From contig BCIN01000003.1 in the NCBI GenBank assembly GCA_039545335.1, forward strand, positions 372,001 to 436,000: 64,000 bases of DNA, given 5' to 3'. Position 1 is the stretch's first letter; each line of letters starts with the position of its first letter. The notes under the pieces are model-generated. The model did not search any database. It was not told the DNA's origin and saw only the letters and a program-made list of their open reading frames with translations. Positions 53,372-64,000 of this stretch are shown piece after piece. The translations under genes and the position numbers were made by a program. The stretch comes from Kondoa subrosea. Its lineage: Eukaryota.

Positions 53372-54938
53372 TCAAAAGCGTTCGTACTCATGCCCGGGAA
53401 GTATTCGTCCACCGCTAAGTGGATCAGAATGATGAACTTCGATGCGTTCGTTCTTGCTAGTCATGCATCGAATGGTCGACCAAGGCGTCAAACTTTTGCG
53501 CCAAAAGTAGCTCGCAGTAATCTCTACGCTTGGCCTAATGTCCGCCAACTGCTTAAAGTCTTGAACGAACCAGAAATTCTGTTCACTCCTATCCATATCG
53601 TGGCTTCTGAATTGCAAAGAATTGTACATTTGCATTGCGGTCACTTCAAGGCTTGACCAAGTCTGCGGTTGCTCTGCTATGGCTATCTCTAGGTGTATTT
53701 CACACAAAGATGGAAACGACTGGGAAACCAAGAATGGGGCGTACATGCCACAAGGCAAGAACGAGTAGTCCTCCCCTTCGTAGTCTGTTGCCTCTAGCCG
53801 AGCGTGATTTAATGTGAAATGAAAGGAGCGTATTGAGCTTGCAAAGGATAGTGAGGCATGAAGTGCTTGCGCGAGTGGGGAGAAGCTGTCGTGCGGTTTC
53901 CAATGCGAGTCCATCTCCAAGTGCAATTCTCGACAATTTGGAATAATGTTTGCTAGCTTAGTCCAATTCGATATGTTGGTTGAGCAGTTTAGGTCAAGTT
54001 TTAGAACCTTGATTTGCTTCAATGTTAACGGTAACACGAAATGCTCGTCTTCAAGGGCCATCTCCCAGATCATGTTTTCACATGAGAGAAGAGTGAGTGC
54101 CGAGAAGGAATTGCAAGCCGACAAATCCGCCTTGAATTGTTCGGGATCGTAAGAACACCGATTGGGATGCAAGGTCAGGCTCTTGAGCTGCGGAACTTCT
54201 GTGGTCAGGAATTCAACTGTAATGCCTACACCTTGGGGGTAAGCGACATGCTCGATTGCTTTTGCAGTCTTTAGGACAGCCAGAAAGGGTGCCATATCCC
54301 ATTTTTGCCGGTATGTCCCTTCATGATTGAACGCAAAACGTTTTAGACCCGCAAGTGGTAAAGAGTTCATTTGGTCTGCTGTAGGAAGAGGAGAAAATGC
54401 TTGAAAGAGTTCATCGTCACCCCTCTTGTTGCTTACGATACAGCCAACTTTTGCAACAATCCGCAAAGACGTGATATCTGCGCACAACTTGAGAACTCGA
54501 ATGCATTGATCATTGCGCTTGAGTGCTGCTCTTTGTGCTACTGCAGCGCTTTGTTTAGCTTCCGCATCTTGATACGCTGATAGAGAAAGAAGTTCTGGAG
54601 TTGCATCGTAAGAGTAGCTCCGGCTTGGTATGACGTCTAAGCGACACTCCCATTCGACCTTGGATACCGCATGGGCTAAAGAAGGCTTCTCTTGTAAGGT
54701 ATGAAGCAGGCCAGATGAGAGCAGTTCCGAGCTATCAATTTCGTGATAGAGGTGTCGCAGGGACTGCTGGTACAGGCTGCCTGGATTCATGATTAAATGA
54801 AGTCCTATACAAGTGAATGAAGGCCGACTCACGTGAAGTCTTTGCAAGGCTCAGTATCGTTGACTTCCGCGCCCTTCCCAAATACGAGAAAATATGCGCC
54901 CACGTCTCAACAGGCAAAGAAGGACCCATGGTAGACAT
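53372..54938 (-). CDS. F-box-like protein with LRR-like C-terminal region
   Basis: SLPVETWAHIFSYL...ILSLAKTS | LYQQSLRHLY, followed by a long ORF with LxxLxL-like units. Confidence 0.65.
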
Positions 54939-55521
54939 CGGTTGCTAGCGAGCTTCGCTTGTATGTGTTGGAAAGACCTTGCTGTCGTCGGGTCCAGTTA
55001 TTCTTCTGCCTATTCTTCCAGATGAACCAAGACTATCAGTATTGCAGGACCTAGAGCTGGTGTTGGTCTTGTCTTTCTCCCGGGATAGCCTTCAAACTGG
55101 TCGCGAGCTGCTCTTGGCCGTCCTGGAACAACGGCGAATTCATTCGAAACAACATTTCAAGCTGTAGACAATTCTGCTTGCAGACGGTTTGTCGCTACAT
55201 GACTTCATATAGCACTCGTCTTCTTCATTATCTGCTTCTCCCTGAGGATCCCACTCTTCTGTCTTTCTCGAGTCTTGATGCCTGAATAGGCCTTCCTTCC
55301 TCTTAGCCCAGCCTTTGGGGCGTAAATTGCTTCGTTGCAATCTAGTAGCCGCCATTTGTTCCGCTCATACTTTGGAAGAGGCGCTTGCATTTGATCCTAA
55401 GCAGATTCATCTCGTACTAACGCGAAAGTGGAGATTGATTCCCATTGGCTTCATTTTCCCATTTTGTTTCCTCTTATTCAATGTCACTTTGAATAACCTC
55501 TATTTCAACTGTGTATTCAGC

Positions 55522-56316
55522 ATGAGCAACGGCAAGCCTTCGCATGAAAGAGATTCTCTGCTTTATCGTAACTTCGCTGCATCTACTGCCCGTCACTCCA
55601 ATCCTCCTTCTATCACAGCAAGTCCACATCTAGCAGAAGTGTTGCCAGCGGAATTGGAAAAGGTCCGAATTGATACAAGTATAGAAAGAATATCCTCCGG
55701 CAAACAGCAACAACAGCATCATATCGCCCGGCAGCCTCCCTTGATCAAGGCGAACACCTTGACTGTCGGACCTGAAGCTACAACAACGTCCTCGCACACA
55801 TCCAAGAACGCTCTCTCGAGGTCACATTTAGTAGCTTTGGCGGAAACTGATATTGCGGTACGTCATGCAAAGCATCCTCCGTCTATGTGCCAATATCCAA
55901 CATTCGTGCTGCAGATCCACAAGGCGTAATCAAGTTTTCACTCCATCGTCGACGAGTGTTGATTCATGTTTTCTTTAGTGAAGCAGTGATGGATGCTGTG
56001 AAGCAGGTTCAGAAGGACGCCAATCTGCCTATGTTTCCGGGCGAAGAGTACGCTTGGCCTTCTGTCCATTATCAGCCAGGCTGACGTTCTGATCAGTGTC
56101 GTGCTCGACGTCCGGACGAAAGAATTGCAAGTAACGCTGGAAGAGACTATCGAGCAGCTTCACGAGGCTCAAGATGCAATGAAAGAGAGTAATGGTCATA
56201 TTGGTACGAGAGGTAGGATCGCAAAGGTGTTATTCTGCGGAGCTAGTAAGCAGGGGAAGATTGAAACGAAGATCGAAAGTAAATACAATTCTCAAAAACA
56301 GATGCACGCGAGCTGA
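55522..56316 (+). CDS. Hypothetical protein
   Basis: Consecutive ORF segments separated by intron-like gaps, with a helical C-terminal part (ELQVTLEETIEQLHEAQDAMK). Ends uncertain. Confidence 0.4.
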
Positions 56317-56518
56317 AAGATATGTGTCGCAGCTGCAAAGTGTCTCGCCGACAATCTGGAAGAGAAAAGTGAAGCTATGCTGTCTCGCATCGAAAGCATC
56401 ACTCGTGCTTAATTTATGATCAGATCTAGATTTGTATACTCTATCTAATAGTCTACGTGTATGTCTTCTAATCTAAACCAGAGGCCCCCTACCTATATGC
56501 ATATCATCCATCAATTGT

Positions 56519-58873
56519 CTATTGTTTGCCAAACTCATCTCTTCCTCTAGCTTTCTTGTCAGTCCAAATGGAGACACTATTGTCGGAGCAAGTGAATTCG
56601 GCCCAACCGTCTTCGCCGATAGTGATTTCGCCTTGTTTCCAACCCAGAACATCAGTCCAAACTTGGCCTGCTCGCTCCTATACATTACAGGATCAGAAGT
56701 CAATCTTTTGAGCGGAAGCGATTATCAAACCTTGCCAACTTCCATGCGCTTTGAGCCATTGGTTCCGTTTGTCAAGACCACGGCGCATCCATCATGTACT
56801 TCATCGCCCATGCGAACCCAACCGAGCGTGTTAGGGTGATCCCAATAATCGCGAGTTTCTCCATAAGAGAACAACTTGCGACAGCGAATAAAATCTGCCA
56901 GTTGAGTCATGGCTTGAGTAGTCTTGCCATCTTCAGTCAAACCCCAAAGGTCACCACCAAAGACACATGGATAACCTTCATGTCTGAGTAAGATCAGAGC
57001 GTAGCAAAGTGGCTTATGTGTGAAGTCGATGAAAGCCTCGCAGGTTTGTCCAGGTTGAGTATCGTGCTGTGATCACTGATTGGCACAACGACGAGAAAAG
57101 CAAATTACCACGTACGTTATCGACAAATGTAACAGCATCGACGGGTCTAGCTTGAACGAGAGCTACAATGCCAGTATGAGCGAAGTTCAATCGAAATTGC
57201 ATTTGGAAGCTTACAGCCGTCGAAGATCTTGCGCATATCATAATTTGATCCTGCATCGCTCAACTCCTTGAAATTGGCTTGGAGCGGAGTATCAAACAGG
57301 GAGACTGTGCCTTCCTTATTGACCAAATTTGGAATCAGCTCAAGACAGGTTTGCAATACAGAGTGTCACATACGAAGCGGTCAAGGTATTCCAGAAGTCT
57401 GCCTACTTGTTCAACAAAGAATTCTCCAACTGCGAAGATTTCTGTCTTTGTGCTATCTCGTGCGTGATTGAGGAAATCGCCTATGAAGCCTTCGTTGACT
57501 AATGATACCAGTCAGTATACACAATTGGAGGGTGAAATGCAAACTTACTATGTCGCAGAGCATCAAACCTGAAGCCATTAATTCCAAGTTCTTTGATGAC
57601 CCACTCGCCCCAAGCGATAACATCGCCTGCAGCTTCAGCATGATCATAATCCTACACGAAAACAATGAGGTCAAGCAGAAGGAACGATCTGCAACATACA
57701 ACATCGCAACCCATAAGATAATCGAAGTTGCCGCTTTGCGTTTGATCGTCGCCTGTTCCCCAGCTCTTACCATTCCCCATGATCTTGAATACAGCGTTCT
57801 TCTCATTCTTTGCATCATAGTCTACTCCAGTGAAGTGATAGCTGTGCCATTCTGAAAAGGGCGTATGAGACCAAAAGCCTATGCATGGCAGCCCATGTGA
57901 TGCTCACTCATTTTGGAATATTTATCACCTCTGCCAGGGAAAGTAAAGCCTGTCCAGCCTTCAATATCATACCTGACATAATATGTGAGCTCCAGATTGG
58001 CGCCAGTGCTTTAGACGTACGCATCGGTCAGTTGGTGGTTCAAATCATTCTGATCAACTTCTTTGGCTAGGAAGGTTTCCTTCTCGTCCGCTCCCATTCG
58101 ATGATTGAGCACAGCGTCTACGTGTAAGCATATGTATGAGCAAGGCAGGAGCTCGAAACTAGCCCGAAGCTGACCGATGTAGCAAACGACGCCGGCGTCT
58201 TTAGCCTTTTCGATAGCTGCAACGAGATCTTTTTTGTTTCCCCATTTTGTACTGCATATGCATATATGAATATTTTGATGTCCCTTGGAGAAGATGACCT
58301 CAGACGAACCCAACTGAACCCTTTTGATCGAACTCGCCGAGATCCTGCGGAATATCAGATACAGCTGGCGCATACACTACGCAATGCACTCACATATAAA
58401 TCGTATGCATCGTATCCTGTGCTTTCAGGAGATCCACCTTTGGTTGGAGGTGGTAGCCAAGCAGCGGTAATGCCTGACAAATCCGTTTAGCATCCAGTCG
58501 GTGCTCACTCATTTGGGTGCTCACCCATAGCTGACAACTTCTCTACCTCATCCGCGAAGAACTTCCTGTTTCGTTATGTATCAGCTGCAGTTCTTCTGCT
58601 AAGGATGGACAAACCAGTGTTTCCCTCCACCTGGGCTATTCCATTCGAAGGCTTGAAGCATAGTACTAGGTTTCGGTGGTACTACTCAGGCCAAATATTT
58701 GGCTCAGCGTACGACTACTGACTAGTTGGCATTGATCTCTTCATCTTCGTTGGACAATCCAGCTTCTCTGTTCCAAGTTCAGCTATACCGCCCGAGCGTC
58801 TAGTGACTGGTTCTCGCCTTTTCGCTGCTTTCAAAGCAATACGCGCAGCTCTGTTGGCCTTAGATGCAGGCAT
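56519..58873 (-). CDS. Intracellular alpha-amylase, GH13 subfamily 5
   Basis: MLQAFEW, WLPPPTKG, GYDAYDLYDLGEFDQKG, DAVLNH, NFDYLMG, GFRFDA, VGEF, TFVDNHDTQPGQ and GYPCVF. No signal peptide. Confidence 0.92.
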
Positions 58874-59088
58874 GATGAATTCTAGTCTAGAGAAAGAAGG
58901 CTCGACTTGAAACAAGAGATGCTTTCACTGCCGCGGAAAAAAAAATCAACAAACTTTCCACGTCAGAGAGCAATTGTCGGGAAACACGTCAGAACATGCT
59001 TGAAAGACCATTATTTGACAATATGAAGGTATATCGAGTACAAATAAATGAATTAACAATACATCCTTCCCCCTTTGAGCCCGTTCAA

Positions 59089-60601
59089 TCACTTCTCTGA
59101 ATCACTATCGCTTTCCTCAACTCTGCTCTTCTCGCCTGCTTCTAATCTCACAACCAAGTCCAAAGCTGTCGGCGGCGGTATCGAAGCGCTTTTGAGCGGG
59201 GAAAACTTGTCATCGAATGTCTCCAATTGACCTTCTTTCGATTTCATCACTTGTGCATGCTTGTTCGCTTTCCAAACCGAATAGACAGCAATGACGGATG
59301 CCGGAGCTCCAAAAATAGTGTAAGCGAGAAGAGTAAGGATATTGTAAGCTTGATAGTAGGCGCTCTCGGAAATGAATTTTCTTGGAGAGGCGACCGCCAA
59401 AGCGAGTGCAGCCAGGTATACTAAAGCCATAAGTAGGCAGATTCCAGCTACGACTCCTCTTTCGACCATTAGCGATACCAACAATTGAATTTGCCGTTCT
59501 GTTGCACTGTCTCCAGTTGTGACTGCAGCTCTTCCGCTCTGTACCAACCGGATTTGACGCTTCATTGCTCGCAGATGTAGGATACAAGCCGGGACCCAGA
59601 TCTAAAGACAGTCGTCAGCAGGAGCTGTCGCAATAATGATTGAGCGAACGATCAAAACGCTGAGAAAGGCGACAAGGTAGACAGCGAACATGATTCGCAA
59701 GATGTGCGCCAGTGCAGCCACATTTTTGTCTATGTCGTTCGCCAATTCCCCGAGCTGTGTCAGCACGGTGAGGGAGACTTTCTCCCCGACGTCCCAGGTT
59801 GATGAATTGATGGCCAGAACTTTGAAAGCTTGAGCAATGAAATTGTTTAATTTGATATATGGCATTACTACCCAAGGTCATCGCCGTGTAGATAAATGAA
59901 GTAGAGGTGTACTCACATGTACGGGAAACAAGTAGGACGATAGAGGTACAAAGAAGCACAGCATAGGCTATAGGTACGCCGTTTGCGACTGAAGCTGATA
60001 TAGTCCGCGATTTACCAGATCCTGCTGTAGCCGTAGGACTGCGAAAGGATTCAGCTTGCGTCATCCGCTATTGACACACTAAACTCACGAGGCGCCGGCG
60101 TTAAAAGCGATTACACTGCAAACCGATGCCCAGGCTTCGACCCAAGCCGAAAAGAGAAGAAAGGCGCCAGCGATTTGCATCAATACGATTCGGGCGGTGG
60201 TCAGACCAGAATCGGACAGGAAGACACAAAGCAGAGCTAGTTCAGCAATGCAATACAGCAGAGAGAAGGCTGTAAGAAGAATGTTGCTGTTGGGAATGAA
60301 GTAACATCCTGTTGAGATTTCAGCAACGTTGTGCAAGCAAATCTCCTTGTATTAGGTACCTTGGTAAAGTCGCAACCGGCGGAAAAGCCAGAACTTTCCA
60401 CCCCGATAGCGCATCAGCAGTATAGCAATGTTGCATACTCTGAAAGTGATGCATGAGCATATACTGTGACAGCAAGAGGCTGACGTACATTCCAATACAG
60501 TGAGCACTTATCGCAACTTCTGCTGCGATGTGGAAGGCAGGGCCATCCAAAGTAGGTATACTATCGGACAAGACTCCAACGAGATATGCATACTGTGTCA
60601 T
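59089..60601 (-). CDS. Orphan protein with seven predicted TM helices
   Basis: Spliced translation shows seven hydrophobic segments, a KFWLFRR...YFIPNS loop and a charged C-terminal tail. Confidence 0.65.
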
Positions 60602-60991
60602 GCGCATTAAGATATAAGCGCTGACTCCTGTTTTGAGTAAACACTGACAGGATTTTGGGTTTCCGGTAAACTGAGTAGGTGCTGTAGTAGTGCATCTGTC
60701 TCTTCTGGTGTCATTGTTGCATCCCCATGGTTTGTAGCCAACGAAGGTACGCCAAGTCGATTTCAAGACTCATTTGTTCGAAAGCAGAAGTTCAGTCCAC
60801 GTTTTAAACGTTTCCGTGTTTCCGGACCTCAAATTAAGTGATCGGCAACTTAATCTATGCCCGTCTTGGCCGTCCAGCCTCAACAGCCTAACTTGCTGTC
60901 CTACCTATCGTCTCGGTGAAGCGATTCAGACGGCGATGAGTGTGCAAAGCATTGCGACATGGCTGGAAGGAAAGAAAAGGAAAATTGCCAA

Positions 60992-63820
60992 TTACAAAGC
61001 GATCCGCCTGCCCTTCCTTGAACTCTTGCGCTTCGATAAAGCTCGGCGTAGTCGCTTGATCTCTTCAATGCTACAAACACAACAAACAAATCAGCGTTGA
61101 TCGTTCGAAAAGAAAAATATCCTTACATTCTGCTTCCACAAAATACTAGCAAAGCACCGACAACCATAGGTACAGCAATTTGCCAGAAGTGAGAGATAGA
61201 GCCAGTGACCTCAGGGAAGGCTGCATGAAGAGAGAGTTCAGAATTGTAGTCGGAATTTTTGGTCGGAACATCATACCTTCGAAGTTCATCTGAGAGTGGC
61301 AGAAATTTAGCGACGGGCAACATAGCTGCGATAGGACTGACTCCGTAATACCCGGCTGTATAGCATGGTCAATGTTGAGTCAATCGAATTATACTTCAAA
61401 AACTCACTGAGCACGGTCAAAGGCAAGAAGACAACGGTACTGTAAGCACAAGAGAAGCATGAATTCTGATACGGTACTATGCGCTCGAGCTTACACAATA
61501 GTCAGTCCACGCATCGACTCGTTCATGTTAAAACTAAGTTGAGCGTTAGCTAGAATATTGATGAGAAATAGTTCCTACTTGATCATATTGACTGTGATCG
61601 AGTGTCAGAGCCTTTACAGATCTTCACTATCAATACGTACAGGTATAGTCTACTAAGTTTTCCGCTAAAGAAGAGAAAAGCTGTAAAATCAAGGAATATG
61701 GATATGAGCGAACAGGGAAAGTTGCTATTGAGAGCCTTTTTCACCTCAAGTGCGCTCGTGACTTCATCTAAATCTGTCCTGGGGCTTAGCTATTGGTCAA
61801 AGACCCGTCAAACGAACTTACGATCATGTACATCAGACAGGTAGACTCTAGATTGCATTGACAAGAATCCAACTTGAGAATCATTGTTCTTGGTCATCTG
61901 ACTCATGGCTGTACCCGGGATGAGTCCAGTTGAGGAGAAGGGGTTTATCTTCTCGACCATTGGCGTAGTGATTGCCGGAGCATTTGCTGTTGCTGGGCGA
62001 GAAGCTATTGACCGTTCTTGATCATACCGTCGCAACGCATAGACAACACTTTAAAGCAGTCGACGTATCATTTAAGCCTAGCCTCGACAAACAAAGCGTT
62101 TTGGCTTACTTTTGCAAAGGGGTAAGACCACGACGCAACATAAGAATGTCAGCTGACAGTACATGTAGATGTCGTCTGTGGTATATTAGTGTTGCACGGG
62201 TTACACTTGATTTGAACGTACACTGTCTCCGCATTCGGATTTGCCAAGACATTTGCTTCGAGTTGAGTAAGTTGGGTTCTATATGCTTCAGTAACGCCTC
62301 GCATATCTGAACATGTTCTAAGTATCGATATGATGCCAGTATAGATCTACTGACTGTCAACGACTGATTCACTAAATTCAGCTCAAGCCAGCAGATTCGT
62401 CATAAATCAACTCACTCAGATCCAATAATGCTTGCAAAACCATCGAAGAATCTTCTTTCTCCCTCAATATCGTTTCCGATGTAGATAATCGAGCATAAAT
62501 AGGTGCTAGCATCTTTTCTCCATCCCTCATCGAGCTGATCAAAGTACCTACATAATTGGATAATCAGCTTTTGGCAGCCTCTGTCCAATGGGATCACAGA
62601 CCATCACGAAGCAAGAAGATAGACATATGATCAGTGTTGATCTTGACCTTGTATTCTTCAGTCAATTCTTTCACTTTCTTACTTGCTGCAGAAGTTAGTC
62701 GAAGTTTGTCTCCCAAGCGATCTAATGCTTTTTCTCTAGCTTTAGCAGGACCTATAATACCTCTACATCAGTATGGTACAATCTCAGCCAAGAGAAGTAT
62801 CACCTGGAGATAGATCGTTTTGGAAAGAAGGTCGCCTCCCAACTTCAGTGTCCATGTCATTTGTTTTCCTACGGGAGAAGTAATTACTCATCCTCCTTGC
62901 TGTCTTCATAGGAGTTGTCGCTTCATCATCCGAGTCGTCCGAATCGGAATGAAGATCATCATCTTTCGCCAGTGCGTATGATATAACTTTCAGAAAGAGA
63001 TGCCTTGATCAAGGTAGTAAGTATACTGCAAACAGAAAGAAAAGTAGCTCACTTTGCGTAGTAATCAGCTTTTGATCTCGCTTCCGTATTTGAATGCAAA
63101 GCGTCTTCTAAGGCCAATGGATGCAAATCATATTTGAGTGCTAGAGGTTTCATGACCTTCCAAGAATGACCATTCTATTACTCATTCTCAGCCTTTCATA
63201 CAGTGCAAGTTCGCAAACAACAAAAGCCCACAACGTGAATCCATCTAATTCTCGACCAATTCGGTCTACCTTCTTCCAAAAATTCTTGGAAAGCTCCATC
63301 CCCACTTCTAGTATATTTCTCGAACCTCTCACTCGAGATATCGCAAGTAACAACATCCACAGCTTCCGCCCCACCTTCTTGTTCCTCATCATCCAAATCC
63401 ATTTTTTTCGCATCCAACCCAGGTTCAGCATGTTCATGATTATGAGTACCCCAATTGTACAAAGGATTAGCTGAAGATAAATTTCTAACTAATTGAATTC
63501 TTTGTGCTGCAGATCTTAATTTCGCATGATGACCTGTTCCTTCATGTTGACCATCACCTACATTTGGTGCATCACCTCTTCTGGCAGGTTCGGATTTAGT
63601 ATGCATTAAACGAGGTGGTTGAGGTGTCATTGGACGAGAAGAGGAACGTGAAGTAGTCGCTGAAGGGAGTAGGGATTCATCTTCTCCATTTTCTGATGCA
63701 TGGGAACTTGAAGAAGCTCGACGGAAAACTGGACAGATGTAATAGTATGAGAAAACGACGAATGCGATGAAGGAAAGGATGCTGACCTGGTTTTCGTTCA
63801 CTGCCTGATTTACTTGTCAT
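60992..63820 (-). CDS. CorA-like Mg2+ transporter family protein
   Basis: IRWIHV, YDLHPLALEDAL, SKADYY, YLSDVHD, TNESM and VVFLPLT; YYG|MNF signature split by an intron; two C-terminal TM segments. Confidence 0.85.
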
Positions 63821-64000
63821 AGCGGAAGTATGTTCTTGCCAATGTCCGAGTAGAAGAGAGAAGTATCAAAGAGAAAGAGCAATCGGTCGAATCAAGCGAT
63901 CAAGAGTCAGCTGGGTCCTCTGTAGTCTGTAAATATCAAGTAGATGCGGGAGACAAGGCTTCCACAAATTTCTCGATGATGTGAAGAGAACGGATTGTAC

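Noticed and set aside
54979..55390. Several short overlapping ORFs
   Set aside because: No consistent spliced model or motif; treated as intergenic or UTR.

Overview
Gene-dense eukaryotic DNA with many short introns (mostly about 45-70 nt). It is from a basidiomycete fungus, probably Pucciniomycotina (inferred from the histone sequences, intron style and F-box-like families). About 30 protein genes can be reconstructed by manual splicing: PPG1, a membrane sulfatase/LtaS-like protein, MRI1, a SAM methyltransferase, HEM2, a very large disordered protein, GST, an ABCC transporter, two F-box-like genes, a thiolase, a CCCH protein, IME4/METTL3, DUF3237, an HSL-family esterase, a TRI12-like MFS, TPS1, ERG11/CYP51, ENV7, a divergent H3-H4 pair, a GH13_5 amylase, an orphan 7TM protein and a CorA-like transporter. 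I found no rRNA, tRNA, CRISPR or transposon. The most notable observation is a 9-exon gene between TPS1 and ERG11 that the ORF track misses; it encodes a 103-aa Gly-rich hydrophilin-like protein. Others are a DUF3237 protein ending in the peroxisomal signal SKL, a possible AUU-initiated mitochondrial presequence on the thiolase, an internally deleted paralog relic, and a 37-bp duplication over a splice acceptor. All gene models were spliced by eye with no database searches, so terminal coordinates are approximate.
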